Below are positions 62,173 through 64,000 of a stretch of DNA of 64,000 bases, piece by piece. A program made the translations under genes and the position numbers. The stretch spans positions 24,552,001 through 24,616,000 of the forward strand of contig NC_042999.1 of the NCBI RefSeq assembly GCF_006345805.1, read 5' to 3'. This stretch comes from Octopus sinensis (Eukaryota). The notes below the pieces were generated by a model. It did not search any database and was not told where the DNA came from. It saw only the letters and a list, made by a program, of their open reading frames with translations. Numbering within the stretch: the first letter of the stretch is position 1; every line of letters starts with the position of its first letter.

Positions 62173-62757
62173 AGTATATATAATTCTTTGTCCCTCTGTA
62201 ATAATTAGTGGCAAATTAGCAGTTCCATACATGTTCTATTTCATTCATTTGCTTATATTTTTTAAAATTTACACTGCAAACAGAAATACAGACATACTAT
62301 AGTCCACAGTAAGCCATTATGCCTTATTTTTTCAGGAAATTCATTTCTACATATTCTCATGTGACTGCATAAGCTCACTTTATGTTTCTTTTTCTACAGC
62401 CACACCAGCAATCCAATGTCAACTCTTCGCCTTCTGCAACATTTCAACAGTTCACTTTCCCGTTGCAGCATTTTTTCTGGAATGTACTCATGTACGTACA
62501 ATATCTCCATTACACCTCCATTTATTTGACTGTCAACCATACAATGCATTGTGTTAGACACAGCACTGACGGCCTAAAAGGTGAGTATATCCACTGACAG
62601 CTTTTTCGTGGGTTCAAAAATGACATACCCCACCACTCTCAATTTTCCATGATAGGTTAGGGCATGGAATCCTCCAAACATATAACATGTTGCTTAGTCA
62701 AATTACACCATCATTTACTTCACAAATGTTTTGTCGTCAATGCTGCACTTTCTCGTC

Positions 62758-63140
62758 GGAGGCGCAATGGCCCAGTGGTTAGGGCAGCGGACTCGCGGTC
62801 ATAGGATCGCGGTTTCGATTCCCAGACCGAGCGTTGTGAGTGTTTATTGAGCGAAAACACCTAAAGCTCCACGAGGCTCTGGCAGGGATGGTGGTGATCC
62901 CTGCTGTACTCTTTCACCACAACTTTCTCTCACTCTTACTTCCTGTTTCTGTTGTACCCGTATTTCAAAGGGCTGGCCTTGTCACTCTCTGTGTCACGCT
63001 GAATCTCCCCGAGAACTACGTTAAGGGTACACGTGTCTGTGGAGTGCTCAGCCACTTACACGTTAATTTCACGAGCAGGCTGTTCCGTTGATCGGATCAA
63101 CCGGAACCCTCGTCGTCGTAACCGACGGAGTGCTTCCACA
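62758..63140 (+). mobile_element. tRNA-derived SINE family B
   Basis: ggaggcgcaatggcccagtggttaggg (A box) ... ggtttcgattccc (B box). Further copies at 34389..34770 (-) and 32385..32757 (-). Confidence 0.85.
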
Positions 63141-63194
63141 CTTTCTCGTATCACCTGTTTCAACATAATATATATACAAACTACACCATTTTAA

Positions 63195-63223
63195 TCCCAA
63201 GCAATGCCGGGTATCTCTACTAG
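63195..63223 (+). mobile_element. Helitron 3' end remnant
   Basis: ccc-aagcaatgcc-ggg hairpin plus CTAG-T, similar to the end of the 37948 element. Confidence 0.45.
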
Positions 63224-63519
63224 TCTAGAATAAATCAATTACTAAAATTTTAGCATTTGTCAATTGACATATAAAATCCCAAGCAATTTAATATTTCTAC
63301 ATAAATGAAAATAAGGAATAATAGATACCAATTTGATAGATCTTTCCAAATACATGGTGTCTTATTGAAATGAGTATCAATGCTAATATAGAAACCACAT
63401 TTAATGTAAATTCAAATACTGAATTCAAAAGACTGATTTGTCTGAGATTTTATGATTTCTATAGTTAAGCCATTTGTTTAATATTCTAATTCTTTAAGGA
63501 CATACAAACTAAAAATTAC

Positions 63520-63673
63520 TTTTCACTTTCCCCAACCCAGCTTGAAAGGAGATTAGCACTTGATATGGAATAAAATGTAGAGGTTATTGCCGAAGAAAGG
63601 GCAAGTGCCAAACGAGATTTTCCAGTTCCTGGTGGTCCATACAATAATATTCTTTTCCAAGGTCTTCTATTTC
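63520..63673 (-). CDS. VPS4: VPS4-like AAA+ ATPase exon with Walker A ([22 protein letters not shown]...SSWVGESE)
   Basis: ttttcag acceptor and gtaatt donor on minus, GPPGTGKS Walker A, WVGESEK pore loop. Upstream exons lie outside the window. Confidence 0.9.
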
Positions 63674-64000
63674 CTGAAAATAAATAAATAAATAAATAAA
63701 ATAAAGATATATAGTAATGTTACTTAATTTAAAGACAAGAGTCTTGAAATTAAAGAGAAGATAGAATTTGAGGAAAAAGATGAATGAGAAACGAGAGGCA
63801 TTTAAGAGATAACATAATTTCAGATCAAATTGTGCTATAGTAATAGACAGATGCTATCCATTCCACATGCAACTCCTGAGCTTAAAACTTCAATTAATTA
63901 TCAAATTCAGACCTAACATTAGAGTTTATAATTCCTATAATCACATATCACATGTACTAAAGATCAAAATACAAATAAACTAGGAGTGTATACACATATA

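Noticed and set aside
62758-62830. tRNA-like sequences at SINE heads (also 61757, 34700, 32690)
   Set aside because: They continue into SINE bodies in multiple copies and lack proper acceptor-stem closure, so they are not tRNA genes.

Overview
AT-rich eukaryotic genomic DNA dominated by introns and repeats. The SINE/LINE repertoire and (CA)n/(TA)n microsatellites look like an Octopus (coleoid cephalopod) genome; this is inferred from recognised repeat families. Two spliced genes converge. (1) A complete 9-coding-exon, 393-aa RNI-type leucine-rich-repeat gene lies on + (3067..42055). (2) The 3' part of a VPS4-like AAA+ ATPase lies on - (63673 down to 45392); its 5' exons are outside the window and one internal exon is missing, possibly in the N-gap at 49577..49676. 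The introns hold a full-length RTE LINE, a 5'-truncated RTE LINE, many RTE 3'-UTR fragments, CR1/Jockey-group LINE pieces, Penelope GIY-YIG remnants with a hammerhead-like motif, Tc1, mariner and hAT relics, a Helitron, several MITEs and three tRNA-SINE families. A complete 4.2-kb Ty3/Gypsy-type LTR element (TG..CA LTRs, ATTAC target duplication) sits in a VPS4-like intron. Its most unusual feature is the primer-binding-site position, which is exactly complementary to nucleotides 1-12 (the 5' end) of metazoan tRNA-Phe rather than to a tRNA 3' CCA end.
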